A stretch of 64,000 nt of DNA from Anthoceros angustus (Eukaryota; Plantae; Anthocerotophyta), in NCBI GenBank assembly GCA_010909165.1, contig MU008151.1:682001-746000 (forward strand), written 5' to 3'. Of this stretch, positions 12,065-24,900 are shown piece after piece; position 1 is the first letter of the stretch; each line of letters starts with the position of its first letter. The notes beneath the pieces are model-generated. The model was not told the DNA's origin. It saw nothing but the letters and a program-made list of their open reading frames with translations, and ran no database searches. Both the position numbers and the translations under genes were made by a program.

Positions 12065-14754
12065 TTAGCTTTAGCGGCCGTTGTTTCCCATCCTTGGCAA
12101 ACAACACCACTTGTTTATTGGCACAACTGTATGACAATGTTTTCTTAAACCAGTCTATGGCTGGATTGCAATGTTCCAACCAAGGCATTCCTAGTATGCC
12201 ATCACAACCGACATGCAGTTTTGTAACAACAAAAGTGCGGTTTTCTACAGGCCCAACGAATGTAATCGCAATGACACCTTGGTCGCTCCTCACCGTGTGT
12301 CCATCCGCATAATACACAGGTCCTCCTTCACCTACAAGACAGACACAATTTTGAGTGGCAAACCGGGCTGAAAGGAAATCAGCTGTGGCCCCGGAGTCGA
12401 TTAAAAAACTAGCAACCTTGTTATTGATCAAAGCATGGACACGCAACAAACTGCCTGACTTCAATACTCCTAGCGAAGATACACGGTTGCCATACGTGTT
12501 GTGCATCATCTTTATCTCTAGTACCAGAGATGGAGTTTCCTCCGTAACATCTTCAAGAGTTAGCGCGTTTGCTTGCTGTCTAGCTCTGTCGGTTCCGATG
12601 CCCTCGCCCTCCTTTGCCCATTGCGGCATTCATTTGCCCTATGGCCAAATCGGCCACATGCCCTTGAAAACGGGTTGCGCCCAACTCCATTGGCATCGCG
12701 ACATTGTTCCTCGATGAGTCACCGTATTTGCGGGTTGTCCGGAAATCTCGCCAGACGTTGTGGTACCCATGGTCCCATAAAATATGTGCCCGCCTGTGCA
12801 TCCATTCGCTCGCTACTCGATGACATCCGTAATGAAGTCATATCGCTCTTGTTTCAACTTCTCCGGTAACCCTCGGCGTAGTCCACGTATCTATCAATCA
12901 TCTCCTCCGTGATCCCGGTATTCCCATTGTGATGTTAAGGAACTCACAAGATATGCAATCGTCCCATGCTGCGTCAGCTTAGCCAAGCGGTCTCGCGCCA
13001 ACCTGGAAGACTCCCGTGGTGTAAATTGGTTTCTGAGGGCTGACACCAACTGATCAAGAGTGACAATTGGAGGGGTGATGCCTTCTCGATTGAGTTGTCT
13101 CCGGCGTTGCCACCACAGAAGTGCTGTTCCTTCGAGGAATGTTACAGCTACGGCTACCTGCATAGAGGGCTGTACAAAGGACAACTCGAGATACTGCTCA
13201 ACCTGGAAAACCCAGTTTTCAAATGTAGCAGGGTCTCGTGACCCTCCAAAAGGTTTGGGTTTAGGAGGTTTTGCGGTACAGGTCGCGGACCTCTCGGTGT
13301 CCAGTATACCTTGGATTCTTTGCTTGTGATGCTCATGCCACGCCGCCACAGAGGAACTTCATTTCTTAATTCCTCCATCTGTTGATGTTGGAGTTGTTGA
13401 TCTTGAAGCATCCTTACGTATTCGAAAATGTGGTCGATGGGCTCGATCTCCAAGTGCTCCATATTTGGTTCGATTGCTCCATTCGCACTTCTCGGTTTCC
13501 ACCTCCTCGGAGATACCCACACCCCTGCTGCTAATCGTTCGGCCAACTCTTGTTTGTGTTGTTCCCTCTGCTGGCTGCTTGGTGTCGCTGTGCCTCTCTG
13601 CGGGCTTGTTGTACCGCTTGTACTCGGACCAAGTTCCCTGCCCTTGTAACCAAGTCATGTTCCTCCACCGATGCTGTAGGAATCCTCGCCTGTGGGTCAA
13701 AAAGATAGCATTCAGCGTTGTGCTCCTCAAAGAAGCGCACAATTGTGGGCACGTCGGTGCCCGCAGATCGGCTCAAGCCTCGGCTCCGTGAGGTGGTAGC
13801 AAAGCTTCCCCAATTCCAACTGTGCCAGATTCCAAGCTAGCTTTTGGCCGATTGTCCACTCCTCCGACAACCGCAATCCTTTTTGGAATAATACCTCTAT
13901 CACCAACCCTGCCCACAGAGGGCGGTCCCTAATGCTGGCCAGCAGGAGAGCGATGGTCCGGTCTATTTTCTCCTGCATCGACTGTGATTGACAGAGTTTT
14001 GCCCAGCTATCCCGTGCTTCATCTGCTTGGGGAATTTCTATATCATATTGCCGGACTAGCACATATGGGTCTCTCACCATCTACTATGACGTAATCAACC
14101 TTGCAAAGCTATCACGAAGCTTCGCTGGAGGTCTATGCGTAGTCTTCTAACAACACTTCTCCGATGGCTCTTGGCTTCCGCAGTATCTGGTTGCGCCTTC
14201 CAAGGCGAGACCCAATGCCAGTTCAAGTTCAGCACACAACAGGCGATAAGCTCCCCGCTGTCTAAGAGTCCATGGGCGCGCTCGATCGGTCGTTACTCGC
14301 AGGCATAGCTGAGACATCAACAATGCCCACATGAAAATACGCCCACGATAGATTTTGCCCAACCTGAGCAACTTCTCGACATAACGGGCGGAGCATCTGA
14401 ACTGGCTGCTTGTGAGGACAAGAAACCAAATCTGGTGTCTTCTTATCTCGGAAAAAGCACTCCCGTCCTGGTTGGCTAACGTCGGGGCTATCGATAACAC
14501 CCGCTCCCTGAGATTCCGATCTATCCCCAACTGCCGACTAGGTTGCATTTGCCACCACGCTTCGCCTCGTGTCAGGCTTCCAAGTCCTATTGAGCTCTCC
14601 CAGCTGAGGGGGGGTTTTCCATGGCTAGGAGAGGGTGTACACAACACCTATTCGATCCTCCACACCCTTTCCTGCCATAGGAAACTTCACGATCAGCTAC
14701 GTGAGTCAACCGACGCCACTCTCGAAGTGCTGGTCGAAGGCTCTGATACCAAAA

Positions 14755-14933
14755 TGTAATGGCAAGGAAAGCTGCCCCTCTGAGCTCGGGGCGTGTATTT
14801 AACATCCCAGGACTGTTACTCTAAACTTAGCATATGACTCACTACGGTGAATCAGATTTCGATCCTATCCACACCGTACCTTTCATACGTGTCCTATATA
14901 TGTATCCTATACATATAATATTATATCATTACA
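14755..14933 (-). repeat. 5' LTR of the gypsy element
   Basis: Adjacent to the PBS; near-identical to 8003-8172. Confidence 0.93.
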
Positions 14934-14935
14934 CA

Positions 14936-15720
14936 TGCACACCCAAAGAAACCAATACAGACTCGACAAGAGGAGGAAAATTGCCAAGAATACCCCTTTT
15001 CGAGGTGGGCAACACGCAGCTTAGGGACAAAAACGTCCAATGACACCGACTAGGCCTCCAAGTAGCCCGCCGTCCTTCCACGGACGACTTGCCGCAAGAC
15101 GCCCCGCCATTTATTCCAAAGAATAGTCAACAAGACTACATGAGAGATCAGAGAGAGCTCCCCATCTTTGCCTAAGCTAAGAGCTTAGCTCTCTCCCCTT
15201 GATCTCCTCCTCAAGAGCTCTCCTCTAGCACGCTCACACTCTAGGCTCCCAAGGCCTCTAGGCACCACAGTCCTATCCTCACAAGAGTGTAGCTCCCAAG
15301 TGCTAGGATCCTTCTAGACATGCTCACACTCCAGGTTCCCAAGGCCTTTAGGCTCCAAAGTCTTATCCTCAAGAGTGTAGCTCCCCATGCTAGGATCACA
15401 AGATGCTTCTCTAAGGCTAGCCTCATCTCCTTTTATAGGGAGGCTTATAATATTTCTAAAGTAACTGCTTAAAGCAGAATTTCTTCCTTATGCCCTAAAC
15501 TAAGTCTTACCACCACTACTTACAACTTATTAACTAGATTCAGGGCTGCATGCTTCTCATGCAAGGCTTGTTACTTTGCCAATTGATAAAACAGAACATA
15601 AATTTAAGAACTTATATAGAGAAGTAGTTACAAATAAGGAGTTAATAAAAAGAATTCAACCTCACCTAATCGCTTAACCTAATCCGATCCCACGTCTCGA
15701 CTCAAACGGACGGCTTTGTG
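14936..15720 (-). repeat. Possible LTR-like remnant
   Basis: Two ~90-bp internal repeats (15243-15400) and a minus-strand CCTATAAAA box at ~15430; termini not defined. Confidence 0.3.
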
Positions 15721-16569
15721 ACGAAAGTCGGTCCTACATGTATATACATGCGCCCCAGTACGGACTCGTTAAAAGTTAACCTGGATAGAATTGTCAAAGA
15801 AACGCCCTGTGCAGACCTATCGATCCCAACCTCTCAAGAGTTAATTTGTCCTTTCCGTCTGCCAATCTCAACGCGCTGTGCAAAGCTACCAATGCTAACC
15901 TTTTCAGAGTTGATGTCCTTTCACGCTCCCAATCTTCACAGGCTTTACATCACGAATAAATTTCACGCACCACAGTCCATCCATCCAGCAAAGCTGAGCG
16001 AAAGAACAGTCTAACCCTGGTAAAACAGGACAAGCCTTGCAAAGCGTGGCATACAGGATTTTCAAAACATGGGCACAGTTCGCCTAGATTCTTGAAGAGC
16101 TCATTTGTCATTGGGAATTTCAAGGATTGGACACATGGTTTGCGCTACAGGTAAAGGATGTTCGTTGCTTCCTTGGTGTGGTGTGGTGTGGTGTGGTCTG
16201 CCAAGGCTTGGCTGTAGATTGTGTACACCCTTCCCTAATCTCTCACATGTTCCTACTTCTTGGATAGTGAGACTTTCTACAAGCCACTCTTCACCTGCTG
16301 CATGTCATGGGACCTATTTGTGCATACCAGGAGCATATATTAAAGTTAGCACAGGTTAACACTTTCTTATCCAGGCGCTCTTCTGGCCACAATTCCCATT
16401 TTAATCTACCAGTTTCATGAACTAGGTGACGACATAACTATGGAAGAATTTGACCCTCTATATTTCTGCATCTTTCCCAGTGGCTTAATCTCGTCTTTAG
16501 ATAGTTTTAACCTAACCAGGCAACAAGAGATGCATGCATGGCCTTTTCATCCAGAAAGGGGTGTACAAT

Positions 16570-17780
16570 GCGTCTACCTGGGCACCTCTTCAAACAGTAG
16601 GCAACTACACACACTGAGCATTTGCAATGAAGAAAACATCTGCAAGGTGAGGCTTGGTTATACTATCTTGAGAAAGAAGGTGCAGAATCGAACCTGTTTC
16701 TCAACAACGTTCACAGCAGAAGTTTCTGTTGAAATGCCTCTTAGCAACCTCGATACACCAGCAGGCAATGACTCTACCACCCCAAAAATTGAACCACTGT
16801 CACCTTGGTCAGCTGCAAGGCCCTCCATCGCATCTCCTAATGGAGGACTTTGATCCTCCAAGTTCAATAGCCCAGGCAGCAAATTCTTGGTACTTACAGC
16901 ACCTGTAGTGGCATGCCCTGCATTCCGTGTACTATGCTCCAGGCTCTCCACCTCTGGGCGGATTGACTCCCAGCCTGCCTCTCTGCAGCTTACCCCTTCA
17001 TTGCAAGAGTCAGTTAAAATCGCCTGCTTTGGTTGCAGCCCCGGGGCTACAGCATCTCCTCTATTATCTTGAAGTGTCCCTTTGACTCCAGAATGATCAC
17101 CAATACAGCGACCTTGGCAAGCTCCACCGTCACCAGAAAGCAAGGGCCATTGCGGACGAAGCAGTTCCCCGATTTCAACCGGTGATGGGACATTCCGTAG
17201 GTTTCGCAAACCAGCTCTTAACAAGTCTTCACAATCCTCTAAGCTGGTGCAGTTTGGGTTCCCGGTTGGTCTGGGCCCTGTTGTTTCAGAGTCTGGTATT
17301 CCTACAGTCCCTTGAGTAAACGAGGGCAAACTGACATCACCCTCACCTGGAGTTGATTGGCACTGGCCCTCGCTACCTGTTTCAAAGCCTTTGGTCAGTG
17401 GTCGGGCATGATTCTTCTTGTATCGATGATGGAGCAAGAGATTTTGACTTAAAGCTCTGCTGACAAATTTCACATGCAAATGCCTGCATGTGATCAAACT
17501 CTATGATATGTAACCGCAGCTTCCGCTCAGTTAGACACTCAGCCCCACAGACGGGGCAGCTGCAACATATCTTTGTCACGTCAACATCTCTGCTAACACC
17601 AGCAGCATAATGCTCCTGGACAAGCAACTTGTGTCGCCCGTCACTTTCACCAGATCTATTTGAGGCAGCCTTACCAGCCAAAAATCCATGCTGTGATGCA
17701 CATTCTGTGTGCACCGACCTCAGACCCAACACCAGACGCAGAAGAGACATGCTTAAGGCACCCATCAGTCTCAATGGAAG
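16570..17780 (-). pseudogene. C2H2 zinc-finger-containing gene fragment
   Basis: CPVCGAECLTERKLRLHIIEFDH and ACEICQQSFKSKSL..HHRYKKNH (frameshifted), then a low-complexity exon with a likely splice donor at ~16692. Confidence 0.45.
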
Positions 17781-17839
17781 GGTCTTCTTTCACTTTCCCC
17801 AAAGTGTCACGCTCCTTCTGGATCGCCAGTAAGCGTGCT

Positions 17840-17965
17840 TCATCCAGGGTCGGGAACCAAACCCCAATGCCGGCAGTCGCATGTAGTCCAGCCTTGGCCA
17901 GGAAGAGCAATAGCTTTGCTCCATTGATTGCTAAGGGCCTGATCCACCTCCACTTCGCATCCTCC
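17840..17965 (-). pseudogene. ROCO C-terminal fragment
   Basis: 'EDAKWRWIRPLAINGAKLLLFLAKAGLHATAGIG' nearly identical to 22240-22360. Confidence 0.85.
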
Positions 17966-20900
17966 ATTGATTTTTTTGTGGTGTGGAGTGAAGCCCAGCC
18001 TGTACATATAGAGTTTGGACTCGTCATTCCAGCTGTCTTTCTCCAGGCAGTTCACCGATGCCTGCAGAATCGTGCATGGGTGAAGGAAGGGTTGAAGCAG
18101 TCTAATCGTATGGGTGAAGAAAGGGTAGAAGCAGTCTATTCGCGTGGGTGAAGCAAGTGAGCCTTCCAGGAAAGGACGAATTCGGGCTACATGTTGCCTG
18201 AATTCCGTACCCATTTCCTCACCACCACGACTGATGTCCAGTTTAGATCCTATGCCATGCGAAGACGAAGAGCATTCCGCAAAGTTCCTATACGATCCCA
18301 GACACAGGCTGAAACGTCCCAGTTCCCACTGCCTCCCTTGTCCACAAGCTCCCAAAGCTGATCCCCACATGGACAACTGCCATCAATTGTGTAGCCTAAA
18401 TATTTCTTGTAGGTTCATGAATTTTCGTTACAGCCGAGGGGAGCATTGAGCATCCACTCACTCTGAAGTGAGGTGGAGAACTTGTCAATGAAGGTAGTAA
18501 AGTGACAAACCTGCAAAACCTCGCAGTCCAATCAACCTTCCAGCGCTTGGCAGGAAGTACAGTGCAGTCCTTTGCAGTTATTCAATTCGCATTCAAACAA
18601 TGTTGCAGCGACGAGAATCCATTCATGAGAAAGAATGCAGTTCTGCCCTTACCTTGCAACCACCAGCATGCGTGCAAGCCTGCTATACTTCAGTCACGAA
18701 TTCTTGCCAAACGTCTCATATCCAGGCAAGGATAGTCCCATGTGCTAGAAATCCTGAAAAAGAACGGTAGTAGAATGTCGGTTGCTGGATCAGCAACGTC
18801 CCAATTTGCTGGATTATGCACCCGTCGGAGAGATTGGCCATGGACATGGCTAGAGTCATCAGTCAAGTCTTCTACCGCTCAACTACAGTCCTCAACCTGG
18901 TCTCAGCTTCGAGCTTTGTAGGATGCCGCACTTAGCACAATGGATGTAAAGCTTCGAGAGTCTGAGTTAGGGACCCCAGGAGCAAGCACCACTTTCGGAT
19001 TTTGACTTGCCTGACAAGCAGAGTGGAGTTGGGTGTGAGGCGGCGGACTCAGATGACACCGAGCCTTCGTTGCACAAAACTCTGCACCCGAAGGGCGTGT
19101 GAACTCCGAGACTCTGCACTCACAGCTCACAAGTCACTGAATGACGAAGAGATATTATTCCCAGCTAGGGCAGAGCTGGAAGGGATCTTCCAGTCTCATC
19201 AGCATGCATGAACGGCCAGTAACGACATCGTGCCCTGCTCCCTGCATTGTTACCAAGCTGCAGGGAATGGTGCATTCTGCATGAGATGGTGAGGCATATG
19301 CCAGTGTGGATTAGGGTGTTGCAGGTGGTTGCAGCCAGGTTGTCAAGGTTCCAATTCGGATTAGCATATGCTACCTTGGTGTGCACGTCTTGTGAGCAAC
19401 TGCACCGCATCGGCTTGCTCCTCACCTGGCTGCAATAGGCAGGTTGAGGATGATGACGTCTACCACTGCGTAGATGCGAAGCGAACGATGATCCTTAAGT
19501 CCGCAGCTTCTCCGAAGTGGAAACCAAGCCTTCTTAGGGTAAAGTATGTACTTCATTAGGTTCAGGACACGGCATCACCTAGCACCTGATTTGCTGCCTT
19601 GAGTCGAGGTGACGACTGTCCTTTTCCTCACTTGGTCCATCCCTTTGCCTGCAGGGATTCCAGGAACTGAACAGAGACTGGATGGAGGAAGTCCGGTGCG
19701 AAGCCAGTCTTTTCCCGTTCTGGGCGCGGACATTTTCCACGCGTTCGCCAAAGAGACCACAGTGTAGCAGACGAGGCGAAGGACTGGCGCGCGCTGCCGG
19801 CTCGGCGGCGGCTGCTGGACTGCCTGGCCCGTAATGATTTGGCCAGTCTACCCCGTCTTGAAGACGATGAACGGTTTTGCGCGTGTTGCTGTCTTCCTAC
19901 ACACAAGGCTGCCACATTTTCACATGCCTGCAAGAGGCACACAAATGTCACGGAATTGGGTACAACCATGCCTTCCTGACATCCTTCTGTTCGAGAACCT
20001 CGAGACAATCGCTGACAGAACGCAGGGGTCGAACCTCCCCCGCCCTCTTGCTGACGACTTGGCCTCCCTCAACGTCTGAGCCATTGGCTTCCCACTTGAG
20101 ACAAGGTCACCTCGACAAGCATTCATGATAAACCACCTTTGGCTTGTTTGCAGATTACTGTGTTCAGTGATGCCTCCGTCAGTGAATGCAGTTACGTATC
20201 TGCGAACAAGCCAAAGGTGTTTGTCAGTAATGTTTTCGGGATCACTTTCTTCGTACAGTACCGTGCAGCAGCTCGAACCCTGCCATCTCATGACACGTAC
20301 AGCTGCTGATCCTAATTCTGCAGTCCAGAGGAAGCTCACGACATCACTAGAACATTCACAAACCAAAAATCTAGGGATCTAGGACACGGCATCACCTAGC
20401 ACCTAAGGAAACAGACTTAGGCAGAGAAATCGTCCTTCCTTGAACACAAATCCGGCCGTGCACCTGCCGCCATCCTAACTCCTGCCGCCATCCTAGCATC
20501 CGCCTCAGTCAGTACACTAAGGAATGCGATACCGTCTGGTTGCAAGCCATCCTGTTTCATTCTCTGGACCAACTCAAAGTCCACTTTACTGTCTCCTTCA
20601 TGGCGGGTGTAGCCTGCAATCAGTGCAGCCAGATGACGGATGTCTCTTCAGGCAATGTCTCTTGCTAGCCGAGTGAGCCAGTGGACATTGAAGAGGTGAT
20701 TTGCAATCGGTTTCTCACCTTGGACGCACTGCTTTCACAAGTCCGTGCCTCCATGTGTATTGGTTACCCTTTGGACATGTCTAAAGCAAACTTGAGTGAA
20801 CTGCCAGAGATTGTGGAGAACCATGATCTCTCCTGACAGCAGGATTTTCTAAAGCCTGGGAAAGAAGGCCTCAGAGTCCAGCTGCAAAATCCAATTGCAG

Positions 20901-21199
20901 GAGCAGGAGGTCCACCATGAGTATAACCTCCAGCTTGCTAGCACCCCAATTTCAAAACCTGTGAACTTGCAGGTATGTCGTTTCTCTGCACATTTGACAA
21001 TTATCAATTCAAACGATCTACGAGGCCTGAAGCACGAAACATGTCACCGGTACCGGAACTATCTATAACTGCAATAGCTCCATATCCCACAACTGGCTGA
21101 GAAACGCAATCGAGAACACGCCGTGTGACGAGCTCATAGGTTTGCTGCAAACAGTGCTACATAATATGTCTCTAGCATACCATCTCCTTTACCAGTGCT

Positions 21200-21400
21200 G
21201 GCCACAAACACGTTGCTTGCTCTCTAGTCTGCACATGAAGTTGCATCCCTTCTCCAGATTTATGGTGTCCTCCTTTGCAGGAGGCGCGAACATCCATGCC
21301 TAACCTTTATCGCACCATAGAGACAAAGGGTTCGTGAGCCCATGCCCCTGCTGGGCATATCCTGCTATCCTGGCAGTACATGTGACACCTGTATTTTCAC
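21200..21400 (-). pseudogene. Degenerate PPR (P-L-S) fragment, duplicated at ~51345-51545
   Basis: 'VTCTARIAGYAQQGHG' followed by L/S-motif-like remnants ('QLHVQ', 'SNVFVAST'). Confidence 0.55.
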
Positions 21401-21945
21401 CAAGTGCGTTCCGGACACACGATGGCATCAGTAACTTGCAAACCTTGGCAAGGCAAGTCTTACCATGAGTAGTGAACAATTGCTGCCTGTAAGACCGACT
21501 ACCTGAAGGAGTAAGGACCTGCACCAGAAAGTTTCGCCATTTCCAAGTCTTGGCAGCTTGTCCCAGCTCGGTTGGCTGTTCTTCCCAAGACGTTGGTACC
21601 CTAAAATCTACAGATGCACAGATCAAATTTGTGTTAGTCATTACTCCAAGGTGCAGGGCACGATGTCATTCCTGGCCACTGATGCATGCTCACTCTGGAG
21701 GATCCTCCTTCACCAACCAGGGCCCTCCACAGTTCTGGAAGAGTCAGAGGCTTGAACAACCAAAAGGGACGAATTCGACAAAGGTGGGATTTCGCAAAGA
21801 GTGATGTAAGATACAGCAGGATTAGGCTCTACAGTCTAATGCCTGTCTACCTACCATTATCCAATCACATGATGCAGATGGCTCCTAGAGTCATCCTGCA
21901 AATGCCAAAGTTAGGCTGCAACACACGACGTTCTAGTTGCTCCCG

Positions 21946-24900
21946 TCAGAGCGGCTGATAGACTTGTCTTAATTCCCTCCGCATACACCGTTCGCAAACC
22001 CATGCCACTCCTCGTCCTCCATCCTGCCGTTTCCGATATTGCACCTTGTGCAGTTGGAATTTGTCAGCCATTTGATCCCTCAGCAACGGCTTGCAACAGA
22101 TTCTTCAGAGCAATCCATGCCTCTTGCACGGGAGTGTTCTGGCTCGCAGCTGGTCCTGTCAGGTCCAGATTTAAATGGGACAGGGCTGATTCCCAAAGGC
22201 CGCAGCCACAGAAACCGCTCCATCCAAGCTGGTGAAGGGTCGGGAACCGCACCCCAATGCCGGCAGCCACGTGTAGGCCAGCCTTGGCCAGGAAGAGCAA
22301 TAGCTTTGCACCGTTGATTGCTAAGGGCCTGATCCACCTCCACTTCGCATCCTCCAATGTCAAGTCAAATCCAGTTTGGCCCAGCACGATGTGATTCCCA
22401 AAGATGTTTTCGCACATGAAGTGCAGCTTAGCCGCTTTGCCCACACGCACCCCTGCAATCAATCTCTGTGCCAGACCCACGTCTGCAGTGGTGATGTAGG
22501 GACGTCTGGGTATCTGACTGCTTTCTAATTCTGCAGAGAAATTCATAATCTCATCCATCTTCGAAAGCAAGAGTTGTAGAGTATCTTCCTGCCAGGTCTT
22601 CATATCGCTTATCTCACGTTGCAAAGTCTCGCCAACTCTATCCACTTTGACTCCACTGCTTTCACCTCTGTCTCCACCATTTTCAACCGTGTATCCACCA
22701 TTTTCACGTCGTGCTTCAAATCTCTCATCCCATGATTGAAGGTTTGCAACAGTTGCTCCCCATCTCCGAGTGACTAGTTCCAGGGAGGGATATAGTACGT
22801 CGGACGTGGCAAACCGAGACGTTTGAAGTGGTGCGTCTTGTTGTGCGAGCACCCCTTCCTCTGTAGGCAGGACTTCCTCTACAGCTGCATCTATGCTGGA
22901 TATGGTTTGACGGAGACCTGTTCGTCGCCTTTGCAAGACATCCAAGACTTCACCAGTACTTAAGAGCTCATCAGCTCCCTCAAAGGCACTTCCAAAGAGG
23001 CTTCAGGACATGGCCACCACCATTTGAAGTCGGCCAGATCCATTGAGGAGAAAATCTCCCTGTACAGTCTTGTTGGTCTGCAAAACACACTTGAGCAAAT
23101 CCTGCGTTAGCACTGACTGGTTATGCCGGTAGATACAGAGTGTGAGGTTTTCGACACACTCGGTCCTGATAATTCCTTCCACAAGCTCGACTCCCGGACT
23201 GCCTTCAGGGAAGCACAAAAGATTTCAACTTTGCAACCACATGTTCCTTGAGAAACTCGATAGTTTCATCTTTGCTCTTGGATGACCTCACCAGAATATC
23301 AATATGGTCACCGATGTCTCCGGTGTCCTCTCCGATATCCCCACTGCTTTCCAAAACACAACCATACCATCGCACAAAAGTTGATGAGGTTGCGTTCAAT
23401 ACGATATTGATGAGGTTGCATGCCATGGAATCCGGTTAACAAATCCTTTCGAAGGCAGACCTGCAATACGCAAACCTCCACAATGTCAGTAAACAGGTTG
23501 AAGACACACACCATCAAAACAAAGACATGTTGGTAGTTATCGTACTTGGAATCTAGGAAAAAGCCTGGACCAAGAAACGTCTTCGTCTTGTCAAGGCACT
23601 GTAACCTCCTTCCGAGGTAGATGTAATTGCTTGCTGTATCAGCAGTTTCCCAGTTCAACTTTCGTCTCCCAGGAAGAGCGTCACCATTACCGGCGGCCAT
23701 GGTGAAGGGAACAAAGAATCCGACACGTCGAGTCCCATCCTCTTCATAGCATAAGTTGAGAGTGGTCATCAACGATACCAGATGTTGCCTTTCAATCCCC
23801 TCCGCTTGTGTGCCTCTGAGAATCTCATCCAAGGTGGAATGAAGCAGACTTTGAGCAACAAATCCATCTGAGGAATGCGACAAACCTCTAGTAGACGGAG
23901 ACATGCTGGTTAGAAGGTGAATGAGTCGCCCTAAAAATTGTGACTCATCCAGTGTGGATTTATCACCACAACATCTGTATCTTGAAAACAGATGATACTA
24001 CCCACATCATGCAAATAGGCAAGAATGGCTCCCAATCGTTCCCCTCATCTTGAACCCCACCTTTGTGGAGACTCTGTAGCTCGTTTTGGAACAAAGTTTG
24101 AAGTTGCTGTTTCCTCACCATCGGTTGAGCTGGATGTTGGGATACCCAGGCAGTCAAATCAGCACTCAATCGGTTGCATACCTCGGTACCCAAAACAGCA
24201 GTTGCAAATAGAGCTCGAAACGATTCCATGAGTGCGTCCAGCAAGGGCTTCACACTCTTGGCAGATCGAGCGTCCATGGAGAAGAGTGTTTTGTTTCACG
24301 TGAACAACCTGTTCAAACTCGGTGGCCAACTGTGTCAGAACGGGTTGAAGGAGATCCGGTAATGCTTCAGCATCAGAACGCTTCATCTTATCCACATGAG
24401 TTGCCACCACAAATATTTGAGGCAAAGTAGAGCCCACGTTGCGACAATTGGAGTTGATGAACCTAAGCCAGTACGCCAAGCTCCTTCTGAACCTGTCCTG
24501 CAGGACATTAGACGGATGGTTTGGGGAGGTTTCCGATCATCAAATGGGCTGAACGCAAACAGGAAGATACATGCTTGGTTGAAGGTCGGAAAAGGTAGTC
24601 TTGCAGAGCTCGGTAGTGAGCTTGTCCAGCCAGATCCCACATGGTAACTTGCATATCATGGTCGTTGCGCAACACCTCGATTTCTATGCCTTCCGTTCTG
24701 GTACCGGTGACGGAAGCCATCCGTCGCCAAGCACGAAATATTTTTCCCTTCAGTCGAGCTAGAACTTGGCTGAGCTGGAACTCGGTGATGCGGCTGTGTC
24801 GTCTCCATGCGCGAATCATGGTGGTGCGGAGAGTGGTCTTCCTGCCAAAGGGCACCGCACAGGAAGAGGCGCCCAGCCTTGGGCATCACAGGCCCTTGCC

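Larger units (their letters stand above)
8003..14933 (-). mobile_element. Full-length Ty3/gypsy chromovirus LTR retrotransposon
   Basis: LTRs 8003-8172 and 14755-14933 (TGTAATG...CATTACA). TSD CATAC/CATGC (1 mismatch). iMet PBS TGGTATCAGAGC at 14740-14751. gag (~13349-12600), protease 'FLIDSGAT', RT 'YMDDIL', RNase H 'DASDQAAGAVLQQ', integrase 'HPG..RT/CDTCQ', 'MDFITGLP', 'SDGQAERMNQ', 'WVGPF'; C-terminal chromodomain. Confidence 0.96.
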
